Source: Nitrospirales bacterium
GTDB lineage: Bacteria > Nitrospirota > Nitrospiria > Nitrospirales > UBA8639
DNA: 64,000 nucleotides
Reading direction: 5' to 3'
Assembly: GCA_965203295.1 (NCBI GenBank)
Contig: CBDBCZ010000012.1
Coordinates: 1-64,000 of the forward strand
The notes beneath the pieces were generated by a model. That model saw only the letters and a list, made by a program, of their open reading frames with translations. It was not told the DNA's origin and did not search any database. The translations under genes and the position numbers were made by a program. Below, in pieces: positions 37,281 to 50,959 of the stretch. The stretch's first letter is position 1, and each line of letters opens with the position of its first letter.

Positions 37281-37794
37281 GTGAGCTTGGCAGGTACCAG
37301 CTAGTACAACATGTAGCTTGTGGCTGTACCTCAGGATAAAGGGAGCTAATTAGCATGAGAGTAGGGAACAGTAAGCACCAGCAGCTCCAGCCAGATTCCA
37401 TATTGCATTACTGTGACCCTTTCGGTATATATGTACACGTGGACTAGTCTCATGAGCCAAGCAAGTAGCCTGTACGTAAGTTCACTCTAGGCTTTTTTCA
37501 GCAGCCTTGGAAATCTGCCTGGAGCTTAACTGAAGATAAATTTTACATTATTACTATAGAACGCACGGTGTATAGATGTTATATCCAGGCCTGTAGCACT
37601 ACACTCATGCAGTTATCAATCTCACAGCCACTGTGCATGTGAAAGCTATACTCGAGGATGACTAGCTAGATTGACAGTTACAGCAATACAGGGACACCGT
37701 ATAGCAGTAAAGCATGCTATGCTACCTCTCTTTGTCTGTAGCTACTTGTACTTTTGATGTGTTCATTGTGACTGTGCCTGTGGCTATGTTCAAT

Positions 37795-38179
37795 GGGGGG
37801 TCACTCCCATAGGCTCTGTAGTCACAACTGCGACCGCGGGTCAAAGTTTTGACCAGCTCTTTTCAGCGGTTTGACCATTGACTGCGCTCATTTGCGGCCG
37901 TTGACCTTTGACCGCTCTACAATTTTTAACATCGATTGTACGAGACTAGCCGCTCGATCCGAGTCTGCCAGAAAGCTCTCGAGTGATAAGCTGCGGAATG
38001 TTGTTCTTGTGTATGAGTCCATCTATTCTGTGCTGCGATCTGCCATTGTTAGCGTTGACTGCATTTTTGAGCACGCTTTGACCGTTGACCACACCCTTTT
38101 GCGCGGCTTTGACCGTTGACCATTGACCGACTGCGGTCGCAGTTGTGACTACAGCGCCTATGGGAGTGACCCCCCCCCC
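37795..38179. mobile_element. MITE with ~50-bp TIRs
   Basis: gggggtcactcccataggctctgtagtcacaactgcgaccgc versus gcggtcgcagttgtgactacagcgcctatgggagtgaccccc, with internal ttgacc repeats. Confidence 0.8.
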
Positions 38180-38611
38180 TTGATGTTGCCAGCCCATCGT
38201 TTTGCGTCTGGAAGGTGTAAATTGCGTGCCACTAGCTGCCACTATGAGCAGCCACTCCTTTGAACTGCTATTATCGAGTTGTTTTATTTTGTCAGTGAAT
38301 CAGCCCATGTCGTTTTACACTTCCTGACTGGATCCAAGACTACCTATTCAGCACTTGCATATTATAGCTGTCTGTTACGGTGAATATTGTAGTATAGAGT
38401 TATAAAGATTATGACACGACTGGTCAGTGGATACGGATTTTTTGAACCCGAGGTCGAAGATGTGGTGATAGCCCTCGGGCCATCACTCCCATCCTCTGTT
38501 TAAGTAAATCCCATATCCCACTCCCCAGCCACAGGCCATTGATTATTGCATGCCCGATGGCTGAACTTGAGAATCAGTGTACATGATCACATTTCACCTC
38601 ACACTGTTCAG

Positions 38612-38739
38612 AGCGGCTCAAGCCAGTGCATTATGAAGAAGAGCAGGAGGAAGATATGGAGACTGAGGTGGCACCACAGGAGAGCATAGGAGGATGGACA
38701 GAAGTCAAGCCTGATAGTGAGAAGCCAGCCATCCCAGGA
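38612..38739 (+). CDS. SART1: SART1 exon
   Basis: ag|RLKPVHYEEEQEEDMETEVAPQESIGGWTEVKPDSEKPAIPG|gtaagc. Confidence 0.82.
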
Positions 38740-38815
38740 GTAAGCCTTCGTGAAGTTTGGTGTTTTGGATGAGGATGTCAATACATGCATACCTGCACAC
38801 ACCCCCTCCCCACAG

Positions 38816-38964
38816 GAAGAAGACCTCTATCAAGAAGCCGAGCCAATTGTGGCTAGTGGGATTATAGCAGCCTTGCAGATGGCTACAAAAAAGGGCTTTA
38901 TTGCAGCATCTAAATCAAAGACAGGGTCTGGAGGAAAGGGTCAGGGTGATGCACAGAGAGACAG
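38816..38964 (+). CDS. SART1: SART1 exon
   Basis: ag|EEDLYQEAEPIVASGIIAALQMATKKGFI...AQRDR|gtgtgt. Confidence 0.87.
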
Positions 38965-39116
<152 letters not shown>

Positions 39117-39692
39117 TTTAAAGGATACTTCGTGATTCATATTTTGTAGTACGTCTGGAGTTTATACAGACTGAATAGCAATGTGAATTAGCAGTGCTTA
39201 GCGTGTTACACAAATTTGGCTTGCTGAATAGAAACAGCAGATATGTTGTGCTGACTGCTGGTTTTTCGCGGAGACTAAGCTGTTGAAGGGTGCAGTTTTG
39301 AGGAGTGGATAAATTTTAGTAGAACAGGATTGATTTAGGGTGTTAGAAAATGATTTTAAAGTTTTTTAAAAAACTAGTTTAGAACTTTTATATTATTAAT
39401 TTTGGGATATTTGGATTATTACATTGTGTAATTGTGGGGACTAGGATAGTGCAACCTTCGGCTGCTCTAGCTTTTGCCTTCTAAGTGGAGTTCTTACAAA
39501 CTGCACCAACGTTTGCGGGTGTACAGTCAAAGGCATAAGCACTACAGCAGCAACACGAGTAGATTTATTTAGAAAGGGGTGTATAATGGTCTCATGTTCA
39601 AATATCCTTTTGTGGATCTCTGGGCACCTACAAGATTACGATTACCTCATTGTTGCATTATGTGTATGTATGTGTATGTTCTTGTTGTGTAG

Positions 39693-39728
39693 GGAATATG
39701 AACGTCAGAGAGAACGTGAAACGGAAAG
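39693..39728 (+). CDS. SART1: SART1 micro-exon
   Basis: ag|EYERQRERETER|gttaga. Phase 2/2 fits the neighbours; the 3' end is uncertain. Confidence 0.6.
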
Positions 39729-39909
39729 GTTAGATAAATAAGTGTACATACGTGTTAACCAATCACTGCATAATTAGTATGTTTGTATAGTTGTCTAACC
39801 TCATTTCAGGCCCACACCATTTTTAGTTCCACGAACTGTCGCAGGGTCTGGTACGTATCTAAAGTCATGTGGGCAGGCCAGAGAGTAGAAGGGTAGTAAC
39901 AGAGGTAAC

Positions 39910-40292
39910 TACCGTATTTCCGCGATCAGACGCCGCCCTCGAATTATAGCCGCACCTCCGGAAGTGCTGAACGAAATAGTGGCCGCCCTCGAATAGTAGC
40001 CGTGGCTAAAATTCAAGTACCGCGTAAGCAATGCCCGCGAATCTATATTTTCGATACCTCTCCCCTCAAAAAACAGCTGGCATTGTAGCATGACGGCTTT
40101 TCGATAGTGTTGAGGCACGAACGGCGATTTTCAAACGGATTTAAACTGCTGTTGTACATTGCTGTGTAACCAGTAAGCCGCTCAATGTAATAAATGCCGC
40201 CCTCAATTAGTGGCCGCCCTCGAATAGTGGCCGCGGAAAATCGCGCGATGAAATAAATAGTAGCCGCGGCGTCTGATCACGGAAATACAATA
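39910..40292. mobile_element. Tc1/pogo-like MITE at TA, nested in an older repeat
   Basis: taccgtatttccgcgatcagacgccgc versus gcggcgtctgatcacggaaatacaata, with subterminal gccgccctcgaat repeats. The host repeat is uninterrupted at ~34420-34790. Confidence 0.8.
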
Positions 40293-40675
40293 TAGAGCGA
40301 GGGCAGGTACAGTCGCAATTCTCTGTCAATAAGTGAAGGTAGCAAATCTACTCTTGCAGGTAGTCTGTACAGCCGCAAACCTACCACTGAAATAAAATGT
40401 GTAGTAAAATGTGGAGAAACACTGCTGTCTTTCAACCTTTTGACAGAATTGATTGTGTGACTTTATTATACGTGTTCCAGATCCCAGTTAGCTTGGCCTC
40501 ACCTGTTGCTGAGCTGAGCCTTAATTAGATGTGTCACTTCAAAATTTTCCTGCTGGTTTTTAGATCATATCTTTGTTTTGTAGTAAAAGCTGTGTGGGAA
40601 GGCCAACTACACGTGTGCACCCTCTAGAAACAGTACATGTGTTCCCCCTTTTAGTTTTTATTGTTCTCTACCCAG

Positions 40676-40787
40676 GGAACTTTCTCGTTATGATCGGGAT
40701 GCATCGTTTCCTGAAAAGAAAGGTTATAAACCGAACGTCAAGATCGAGTATGTTGACGACTCCGGTAGACTTCTGAATGCTAAGGAG
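40676..40787 (+). CDS. SART1: SART1 exon
   Basis: ag|[37 protein letters not shown]|gtaaat. Confidence 0.93.
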
Positions 40788-41711
40788 GTAAATGATAACT
40801 GCAGCAGTTTCTAGATTCTGGTATGTGACTGTGCATGTGCAATGCTGTAGTATAGTAATGCAGGAATGGCAAACTGTTCGCTCACATGATGGAAAACCCA
40901 CCACCCATATAGTACACCCTCATAGTGTGGAATAGAAGGAGGGTAGGTCGACCACAAACCATGAAGTGTGTAGGTCAAGTGGCTCCTTAAAAAAGGTGTT
41001 ACTTGCATTCGAGTATTTCTCTTCTAAGACGTAAGCACACCCACTCTTAGTACACACTAGTACCCTCCTTGTTGTAATTGGAGGAGTAATGTGAATCTCG
41101 AGTAACAGCAAACCACTCTGAGTCAGTGGTGACAGCAGCTGTTAGTCTTCACTTTTCAGTATATTTGCAGCATCTGAAAATGGGTTGCCCTTAACTGTCA
41201 TCACCATTAGCACCTTCCACCATATTAGTACCCTAGACAATACATGCCAAAGAGGAAGGTATAGTACCTGCACGAAGCGAATAGAAAGAAATACTAGCTT
41301 GGCTACATAGAGAAATGGGAGCAAGATCGTAGGATTACTGTGTAAATGGCTCAAGATCTAGAGGAAGAATACATTTGCTACCACTCTACTTCTCCCTAAA
41401 TCTGTGGGCAAGCTTATACTACTATAAACAACCAAACGGCAGCTCATCCAGCAACTGTGCGATATTGTAGGTTTGGTTTTGATTTTTCCCAAACTGTGAG
41501 TTTAAGCGTGCAAACATTAGAATGCAATATGCACATGTATTAACACAATTCGCCTTCAAAACCTGAACTCTAACAATGTCTTCGGCAACCAGTTATCTTC
41601 CTACAAAATTGATTCTATTGCTGGACAGGCCCATGGGAATAGCAATGTAACTTCTTCCATCCCTAACTGTCTCTCGTAAAATGTTAAGCCTGGGATACTG
41701 TCTTTTTGCAG

Positions 41712-41801
41712 GCCTTTCGCTTTATGTCACACAAGTTTCATGGTAGAGGCTCTGGGAAAAAGAAAATGGAGAAGAGGATGAAGAAAATACAAGATGAGGA
41801 G
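41712..41801 (+). CDS. SART1: SART1 exon
   Basis: ag|AFRFMSHKFHGRGSGKKKMEKRMKKIQDEE|gtacgt. Confidence 0.93.
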
Positions 41802-42518
41802 GTACGTATTAGCCTGCTCTACTCAAACCTACCAACAAGACTTTTTTAACGCACATGTCTTAGTAACTACAGGACGTATGGCCCACACTTTTGTTATAGG
41901 TAATGTGTGCTTTGAGTGATTTATGGCACGAGGAGTGTAGTTGAGAGGCTGATACACCCCGAGGCAAAGCCGAGAGTTGTATCAGCCTCAAGACCATAGC
42001 ATTAGTGCCATATACGTATTACCTAACACACGATGAAGTGCACATTGCAGCATCGATTGCTTAAACTAGCTGTTCACTTCAGTCACCCATTTTATCGCTC
42101 GACATTGACATTGTCATTACTTTGCGTATCAAGGTGGTTACTAAGCGTTGCTAATGTACCCCGAATCCGATTGGTCAATGTCCCAGCAGTTATTGAATTA
42201 CTAAATTTGAATGCACTGTAGCTAGCTACTGGCAGTATTGTAGCTACGGGAGCTTTGGCAGGCCATATGGGCTTTTTATTTGCTTGTAATTGATGTAATA
42301 AGCTACTGCTTGTAGTCTGATTGATCAGCTTCTGCACCTAGTTTTATTGTATTTCTGTGTGTGTACGTAGCCACGCTGCCATTCTAATGCTAGGCCAATT
42401 GACTACTAATCAGCTCTTCATGCCTGCTGCTGTTGCTAGAGGAATTTTTCTGCTTCTACCAGTAGCTATGTAGTATTTTTGAAAGCTGTGTTTTTACTGT
42501 TTTGTGTCAAACTCCAAC

Positions 42519-42972
42519 TTTTTACCAGCCGGAGTGCGCACAGCGCGCGAACGGCTGGTACTAAGATTGCTTTACGTTTTCCGCGTCTGTTTGTTTGTTT
42601 GTTTGTTTGTGCGTCCGCACTTATCACGTGCGCAATATATTACGTCATACGTTACTATGCAACTGCAGTGTATAGCAGCTTTTGGAGGTTTGCGGGCCAA
42701 GCTACAGCAAATGAAGGTAGTTTTGTGTTGCCTAGATGGCGAAAACGTGGTAGGTAGCCGTAAAAATCCTGTTTTGGTGACGTATAGCTTCTAACTGGAG
42801 GCGCATGACGACACTGCTGAGTCAGCACTTTCGCTGTACGGCTCTAGGAATATAGTCTCTATAGGCCCTAGGCCCTACCACTGTAGTTTAATAGCTTAGC
42901 CTAAGCTGAGTTGTGTGTATTGTACGGGAAAGGCGTCCGGCTGTTTTTTTAGACATGAAATGTCAGACTTTT
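42519..42972 (+). mobile_element. Helentron/DINE-1-like element; related longer copy at 46441-47772
   Basis: T-run, hairpin accagccg...cggctggt, then a (GTTT)n microsatellite, which is the DINE-1/HINE layout. Confidence 0.6.
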
Positions 42973-45661
42973 TAGTTCTGTAGGCTTACTCTGCAGTATT
43001 GACTTTCCAGATATCTGGCAATTCTTGTTGGACATTATTGCCCAGAAAATATTAGCACACATGACTCAATACGAATTTTATTGTACAGGCTGCTCCTTTG
43101 ATATACCTACGCAAGTCAAATTAAATGTCTAATGCTGAACTACAGCTGTGCATGGTTTGCACTTACAGGACTCTACAGCCACCAACTTTTGCGTGATAGA
43201 GTACGCTCAAAGTGCTCATTTAAGGCCATCATGATAATACCATTGGCTGTCAGAGCGTCCCAACGCACGCAGCAGTCAAAGTATAGCACTAAGTGATGAC
43301 ATCATATAATGACATTACAGGCTTCTTGCGTATTCTCACGCAATTGCGCTTTATTAGCAGACGTCACATTCGTGACAGACAGACGGACAAACTAACGTTA
43401 AAGTATAGATTAGTGTAATACATGTTTGTCATCATTGCCTGTTTGTCTGTAGCTGTGCATTCATTCATACATGCTCGCTACATGTGTATTACATGGATAC
43501 GGAGTCTGTATTATCTATGGTAAAAGGAAAAAACTCACCCAGTCACTGTAAGTACCGTACCTGTATAGGTTCTAATGGGATGAGTAGTAGGGTAAGTGAG
43601 GGGGTGTCTAAACAGTTGAAAATTGTCCGAACACGCAGCAAGAACTTTCATGGATTACCATCCCTACATGCATCTTGCCAACCACACACACACCACAATC
43701 CCTTCCATACCAACCATATTCACATCTAATTACTGTATCAAACTCCACAAGGCACCAGACTACACACTGGAATTTATCCTTAGCAGTAACTTGCACTCAC
43801 ACTGAACACTCCCTTCAGCACACCATAATTACCATGTTCATCAGCATCATTGCCCACCGCAATCCCACCAGCCACATTCACAATATAGGATATACGCAGT
43901 TCACAACCGACACTACATGTACAGCATATCCTACACTGCTACATGCACTATATATCTACATAGTGCTCCCTGCCTCACAGACAACTACTGTCACCATTAG
44001 CCAGACCCCTGAGTCACACAACTGCATAGAAACAATTAAAAATTATCAGAGAGTCGGTAGACTCTCTATGTAGGGATGGCACGGACACTCCATATATGCA
44101 ATATAAAATCAATGTTTCCAAATCTCTGCAAAAAATAAGCTTTAAGCTTTTATAGGGATCTAACCTTCATTTTCGGGGGTTCCTGCAACCAACAAGGCTC
44201 ACAAAGTCGCCAAAAAGCTTCGCTAAAGTAGAAAACTGGAAGCTGGCTGAACTACCAGTTTGTTCACGTTCTAATTCTGGTTTCTTGTTCTTCTTCTTCA
44301 ACGAGGCTAGCTCAAAATTGGTTCAAGTGATTGCCGTGATTGTAGCACGAAAGATCTTCATTTTCGAGCGCGCAGGTCCACGACAACATCATCTTCATAA
44401 CGATCAAACCGATTCTCGAACGTGATATACAGTGCGCTCTCTCGAGCTCTGCAGTCCAGTTTTACGCCATTTTATTATTTGTACGCATGCGCGGAGATTG
44501 TCACATGACATGCACTTGGCAACCATAGATCGTCATCGTGTGCTTTATAGTGTTGCTCTTCGGCAAATGGATCAGTGAACTTATTCGTGCGTCTGGAATA
44601 ATTACTTAGAGTGCACCTTTTTATTTTTACCAAGGTGAGTAGCTATTATAAGAACTTACTCGTGTCAGTATGAAGACAGCTAGCCCAACTACGTATGTGC
44701 GTTAAATAGAGTATGGATGCATAGAGCTAGGCTGGCTACATCTTCACTGGGCGAGGAAAGCCTCCGTACCTTACTCAAATAATTCTAGGCAAGGAAAGCC
44801 TGGGTATGAAGCATTCTCACGGTCTAGACTCACTTGGGGGGGAGAAGTGAGGCTGAGAGTTTCCATGTCAACTACAAGACTAAAAAGTGATTACCGCAAC
44901 ATGAGAGTAAATGGCATTTCTTCTGCTGGATAGAAGTTCAGCTATTCACAACTAAAGCCCAAACAGAAAATTGTGGTCGAGGCGTTAGATCTAATGTCAT
45001 AGCAAGCTGATCGCTGCTGTGCGGTTAGTATTAGTTATTAATTCTGCATTCTTTACACGCGACCAGTCTGGAATAATCACATTCTTCCATGGCACAGAAT
45101 GCTGTCCGTAGTGTCCAGACTCACTCCTCCCCCCGAGTGAGTCCGGCCCGTGAGATTGCTACTCTTACCTGTATTGCTAAGAAAAATTCACAAGTTGGGG
45201 TGTCCAGGATAACACGCCGAAATTTACCTCTGTCTCTGAAACTTTCTGTCTGCGTTTTCAGGTACCATGAACTGCTTTTTCTTACTTATTATCTATTGTC
45301 TTTACCTTTGGCAGTGCGGTCGGCTCGTTATGCATCTTAAGATAGAGTTCCAAATAGAGGTGGAGGTTTTTTGGGGGGAGGGAGATGCCCCTAGATCTCC
45401 TTAGAATGATGTCTGGTGTTCAAAACAAAAGCCCCTTGCCCCCCCACAAAGCAAAATTCCTGTATAAAACCCTGATCTATACTATGACAACCAAAAATAA
45501 TCTACAAACAGAAAAATTTAAGAAGAACCTTTAGGGATGGAGTGCCTGTCATGTAACAACTTATTTCATCAACTGGTATAATTATAACTTGTATTTAATG
45601 TTATACTATGAATTATTTATTACTGATTCTAACAAGCATTAAAAAAACACAGAAACAAGAA

Positions 45662-46447
45662 AATGAAAAAATTTCCAAAAAATTTAAAAAGATGTAGCGA
45701 TGGAGTGCCAAAAAGCAAGAAAACAAGGGTAGGGATAGCATGACGCAACATACACAGCCCCATCCCTACATCTTTTTCACATGTCAACTGCAATGATGGC
45801 CTAATTAATTCTTAACGGTCCTTCCTGTAGGCAGCACTGAGAAGGGGGTGGCCATGGGATGTGTATTGAAATTTAGGCTGTGTATGTAATTTTCAGCTTA
45901 TTTCCAGCCTCCTTAGTACCCAGACATACTTTTGTATGAGACGCACCAAACAGCAGCTCCTGCATTACAGAATCTATGTACAATCATGGGCTGAATTGCA
46001 TTCCGAGTACTAATAAGCCTGCATTGATATACATGCACTGTGTGTATGTTTGCTTGTATAAACACACTGTACAATGTATATACATGCAAACATGCACACA
46101 CTGTGTACATCCTCATTAGTACCCCACTTAAAAATATGTATCAATATAACATACAACATAGGCATAATTATACTTCAGACATAATACTAATGACGCAATT
46201 TACTGGTTCAATGGGTACATGCATGTAGCTGTGACATAATTATCAGAAAACCGTTGGCCGGTGCAAGTTGTCACTGGTTAAATGGGTATGACATCAATTG
46301 TATTGCAGTGCTACGGTTGCAGTGACATGTGAAAAAGATGTAGGGATGGGGCTGTGTATGTTGCGTCATGCTATCCCTACCCTTGTTTTCTTGCTTTTTG
46401 GCACTCCATCCCTACATCTTTTTAAATTTTTTGGAAATTTTTTCATT
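45662..46447. repeat. ~130-bp inverted repeat pair (45662-45793 and 46317-46447)
   Basis: Near-perfect reverse complements, each holding an internal gtagggat...atccctac hairpin. Confidence 0.85.
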
Positions 46448-48123
46448 ACCAGCCGGAGCGCGCGAACGGCTGGTACTAAGATTGCTTTACGTTTTCCGCG
46501 TCTGTTTGTCTGTTTGTTTGTGCGTCCGCACTTATCACGTGCGCAATATATTACGTCATACGTTACTATACAACTGCAGTACAGCAGCGTTTGGAGGTTT
46601 GCAGGCCAAGCTACAGCAAGTTTTGTGTTGCCTAGATGGCGAAAACGTGGTAGATAGTCGTGAAGATCCTGGTTTCTTGGCATATAGCTACTAACTGGAG
46701 GCGCATGACGAAACTGCTGAGTCAGCACTTTCGCTGTACCGCTCTAGGAATATAGTTTCTCTGGCTCTACAGCTGTAGTTTAGCTTGGCTTAAGCTGAGT
46801 TGTGTGTATTGTAGCAGTCAGCACGATGCCGTCGGTAAAAGAGGTGTGTCACCTGTGTGCAAGAAGCCATGTATGCTTACATGGGTAAATTAATTAGTGG
46901 GTTTACACAACGATACATCAGACGTATGATTGCATGATGTTACGTAACTCGCCCTGCTGCAGCGTGTGGAAGCGCTGAAGTCTATTTTTTATCTTACCGT
47001 GTTTCTGAAGCAAAGGCAGATATCCGGTAGGCATTACACTGAGTTACTTAATGCAATCTCACGTGCATGTTGTGCAAGTTTCGCGGAAATCACTCACTTG
47101 GCTCCAAGTTTTCCCAAAAATCGAAAATGGACCAGAGACTAATTTCGCTGCCACCGTGGTGGTAAACGTGGACTCATCTCAGAAACGGTATGTAGTAGGG
47201 CAAATAAGTTTTTAAGACATGCGTACCTATAGTAGAGGAAAGCTCTGCCGTTTGCTGCTAGTTCACAGCTCGTACTTGGGCTGAGTTATGAGCGTGCAAA
47301 TCGTGGCACTTTTTTCGAAGTTTTAGCGCTTCATATTTGCAAGAATACTTGTACACAGGTAATGATAACTACATATATAGTAGAGAGGAAGGTAATATAG
47401 CTGTACAGGAAGAATAGCTCTGCTGAACCGCTTGGCTCCAAGTTTTCCCAAAATTCAAAGTTGGTAGGCGCGATAGTGGACGGCGATGTGGTGGTGGTCC
47501 AGGCATCATTTCGGGAGCACGGTGGCAACTGGTCACTCTGTCTTTGTAGACTTCAGCAAACCTGTTACAACATCTGCAACACTCAATCACAGAAACCAAA
47601 TACACTTTGAGATATAGCCGTGCAAAGTAGCTGCCCTTCCAACGCTTACAGCTACCATACATTACAATACGTCTGGTTAAACCGGAAGTGATCACGTAAT
47701 TATCGACGGCATCGTGCAGACTGGTAGGGGAAAGGCGTCCGGCTGGTTTTTTAGACATGAAATGTCAGACTTGTTTTCTTGTCTATTAGCAAATACATTG
47801 ACTCCTCCCTACAGTGGAGAATATGACACTTCTCACTTGATATGCTACAAACCTACAACTGCACAGTCACTATAAGAGCGCAGCTAAATGAAGACCTGCA
47901 CGGAAAACTGCATAATGTGCATGGCATGGAGGGGATGGTGGTGTGTGTTATTGGCAAGGAATGGTAATCCGTGAAAGTTTTGCGGTACCTTGTTCGGTTA
48001 CTTTACGTTTTCATTTCTACCTGCTCTTTCATTTTTTAATTGTTTTTCTAAATCTATGCTCATTTCTGTGGAATATACTACGATCCAGTGATGTTGAACA
48101 CATTTTCTGTCTCTATTTGATAG

Positions 48124-48245
48124 TTTATGAAGAAGTCGAGCTCTGTGGACACCCCTCTAAATACATTGGCCATGCTGCAGACCAAGCAAAAGGCTTCACA
48201 GGCGGCCTACATAGTCCTCAGCGGAGGGTCTCAGTCCATGCTTGC
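48124..48245 (+). CDS. SART1: SART1 C-terminal exon
   Basis: ag|[41 protein letters not shown]|gtaagt. The stop-bearing exon was not identified. Confidence 0.9.
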
Positions 48246-48359
48246 GTAAGTGGCTACAGTAGCACTAGTAAACTGGTAGTGTAATGACATACTTCTTGCA
48301 TAACGATAAGTTCCACAAACTAGTAGATTTTACTGGTTGGGCACACACTTTGTACACAC

Positions 48360-50125
48360 CATAGATTAATAACCTACTACGTACCGGGATTGGAAACGGA
48401 ATCACGTGAGCGCATAAACCCTGTACATTTTGGCGGTGCCCATCCGTGCAGCGCTCTATGGTACGCCGCCTGGAACGAGAGATAGATGCAGAAGCGGCCC
48501 ACTGGTAGTTCTGAAGCGACACTTTGAAGATTTTATACATCCTATCAATACTGCACAGCCTAAGAGAGGTATATTTCTGCTTACTAGAATAATATTGTAA
48601 AATTTGGGTGCATAAAAACGGCATATTTTTTGTTCCATAGCAACCATTTTCTCATCCCGAATGTTTTGTGGGACAGTTTCTCTCATACCATGACACTTCT
48701 TAGGACTGAAATTTCAGATTTAGTTTGTCAAAGTAATGAAGTTTTGCATGCTGGGTATAAAAGTTTAATCTTGCTTGTGGTATAAGGTGTGTATACAATA
48801 TTTGTCTGTTAGTGGTGTTTCTTTTAGACAATTTTTGTGGGACAGTTGTATGCTTCACACTAACATTTAAGAATAGAAACTGTGCTACTGGGCATGGCCA
48901 GGTATTGAAGCTTTGCATGCTGTGAATGAATAAGAGTACTGCTTCCCTTGTGAGGTGTGCCTTGGTAATCATGACATGCATGCCCCTCACAAGTTCCTGC
49001 TTTATCATTTTCTTGTAGGATTCTTTCGATACATATGTATAGCTACCAGTTAAATGCAGTCAATATTTGTCATAGGCAAGATGGCAAATTTTTTTTTAGT
49101 TTGCAGCTGTCTTCTGCAGTCGGGAGAGTGCAGTTTGTCCTCTGTCTGGAATCAAGAAGCGTTCGCTCGTGGGGGGTTTCTACACTAGCCCTATAGTAAT
49201 TCCAATCGGTGCCACAGCTGGTGTCCTTTATAGAGAGAGAGGTTGTCCGCTGGTGGGAGGGTCCGTTATGGGAGGTTCCACTGTATATACTAGTCCAGGC
49301 ATGCACATCCTATAATGCACACCTATGCCTATATATGCATGGCCTACAGCATACCTTGATGGGAAGGAGAAAATTCAAACTCAGTGTACTACGTAAGAAC
49401 TAGTAATGTATTAATATGTTCCGAATTTCCTTCCAGTCAGCATTCGTCTGAGTCCATTTAGTCCACAGCTAGGCTCCTGACTACTAAATACTGAGTGTAG
49501 TTCACTTGAGGAGCCTAATTAGAGGTATTCTGAAAGGAAGCAACAAATGCAATCCCAGTAGGTTGGTCAATGGTAGAAGACGACAAATAATTTGAAGTAA
49601 GGCAGATAATGGCGAAGGTATTAGCCCAGGAAATGAAAACAGTAGGTGTAAAGAACTTCACTGTACATACATGTACTTACACTGTTACAGTACATGTACA
49701 TGCTCAAAAAAATCTCCTGGGAGTTAACGGGACAACTCTACTCCAACACCTACATGTATCCACATCGGTTTCCACTCTGTCAAGTATGACCATGGCATGA
49801 TCATGAGAGCCATTGACTGTTGATGGTGTATTCTACATACACAGAGTAATTATGAATCTACCAGCATTTATGTTATCATGTAAAAACAGCTGTTTGAACA
49901 CAGTGTAGCTACATGCATACAAGGTATTGATACAACACTTGCTGTTGCAGTTTGAATTGTCTGTGGTTGCAAAGATTGCCAGTAGCTTCTTCTGCCATAG
50001 CACTGATAACAGCTGAATACACGTTTCTATACGAGCGGCACGCGCGCAACACGGGGAGGGCGTTGCACGGATGGTGGCGTGAAATAATCGCGTTTCCAAT
50101 CCCGGTTACGTAGTTATTATCTATG
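48360..50125. mobile_element. Non-autonomous P-element-like DNA transposon, 1.77 kb
   Basis: CAT...ATG ends with imperfect ~40-bp TIRs (catagattaataacctactacgtaccgggattggaaacg and cgtttccaatcccggttacgtagttattatctatg). 7-bp TSD tacacac, with an empty site at ~24830. Confidence 0.85.
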
Positions 50126-50928
50126 TACACACCCAGTTAATAAAAATGAAACGTGGAAATCTGCAGCATTAAAATATTCCTATATATATACCTCAATGTC
50201 AAGATATTATTTTAGCATTGATGGATAAATGTATTCTTTCCTTTAGGCCAGATATAGCAAAGAAAAAGTAAGCAAGTGCAATGGCAAAATTATTAGGAAA
50301 CTGAACTGGCAATTGTTGTAATGTCTTCATGTGCACATCATTACATGTATTATACATGTTTGTCACCGAGTGTACAATTCTCTCTTTTATTATAATGATC
50401 ACAAATTATGGATTGTAGTAGTAATTATTAGCCGTGTGAGTGTATAGTAAGTATGCCTATAATTAACTAGGTAGGAAGGTTCCTGTGACCTACGTAGTGG
50501 GGAGGTTAGAATTAAGGCTTTCATCATGATTGGAAAAAGCCTTTTTTTTCAGAGTATGAAAATATGAAAATGATCAAACAACAATTGAGTAATCCCATTG
50601 GAAGTATAGTCTACTTCATCGGGCAATAGACTTTCTGAAGCGTTTTTGTAGAAAATATAGATTTTACGCAAAATTTAAAGTTGCGGGGCATGTAAACGTC
50701 CTTTTAACACTAACCCCGACCCTAACCCCTAACAATACAATGTTGGTAAACCTGGACAGCTTAGCTAGATCGTCCCTATTTATACGTACTGACGCGCTAC
50801 ATAAGCTTACGTTGCAGTTAGACAAGTGATTACAAGTCCGGGTGCTGAACTTCAGTAGGTTACAGTTAGAGTGCCTCGGCAACTCATTGAGGTTCAGCAC
50901 CCGAATGTGGGTGCAAAACATTGCAAAC

Positions 50929-50959
50929 CATGGACAATACATACTATGTATTGTCCATG
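50929..50959. mobile_element. 31-bp palindromic mini-element with 8-bp TSD
   Basis: catggacaatacata-c-tatgtattgtccatg flanked by ttgcaaac on both sides. There is a single ttgcaaac at the paralogous site (~25637). Confidence 0.85.

Noticed and set aside
49437..49461. Candidate SART1 stop exon (QHSSESI*)
   Set aside because: It lies inside the P-like insertion that is missing from the paralogous copy, so it cannot be the ancestral exon.
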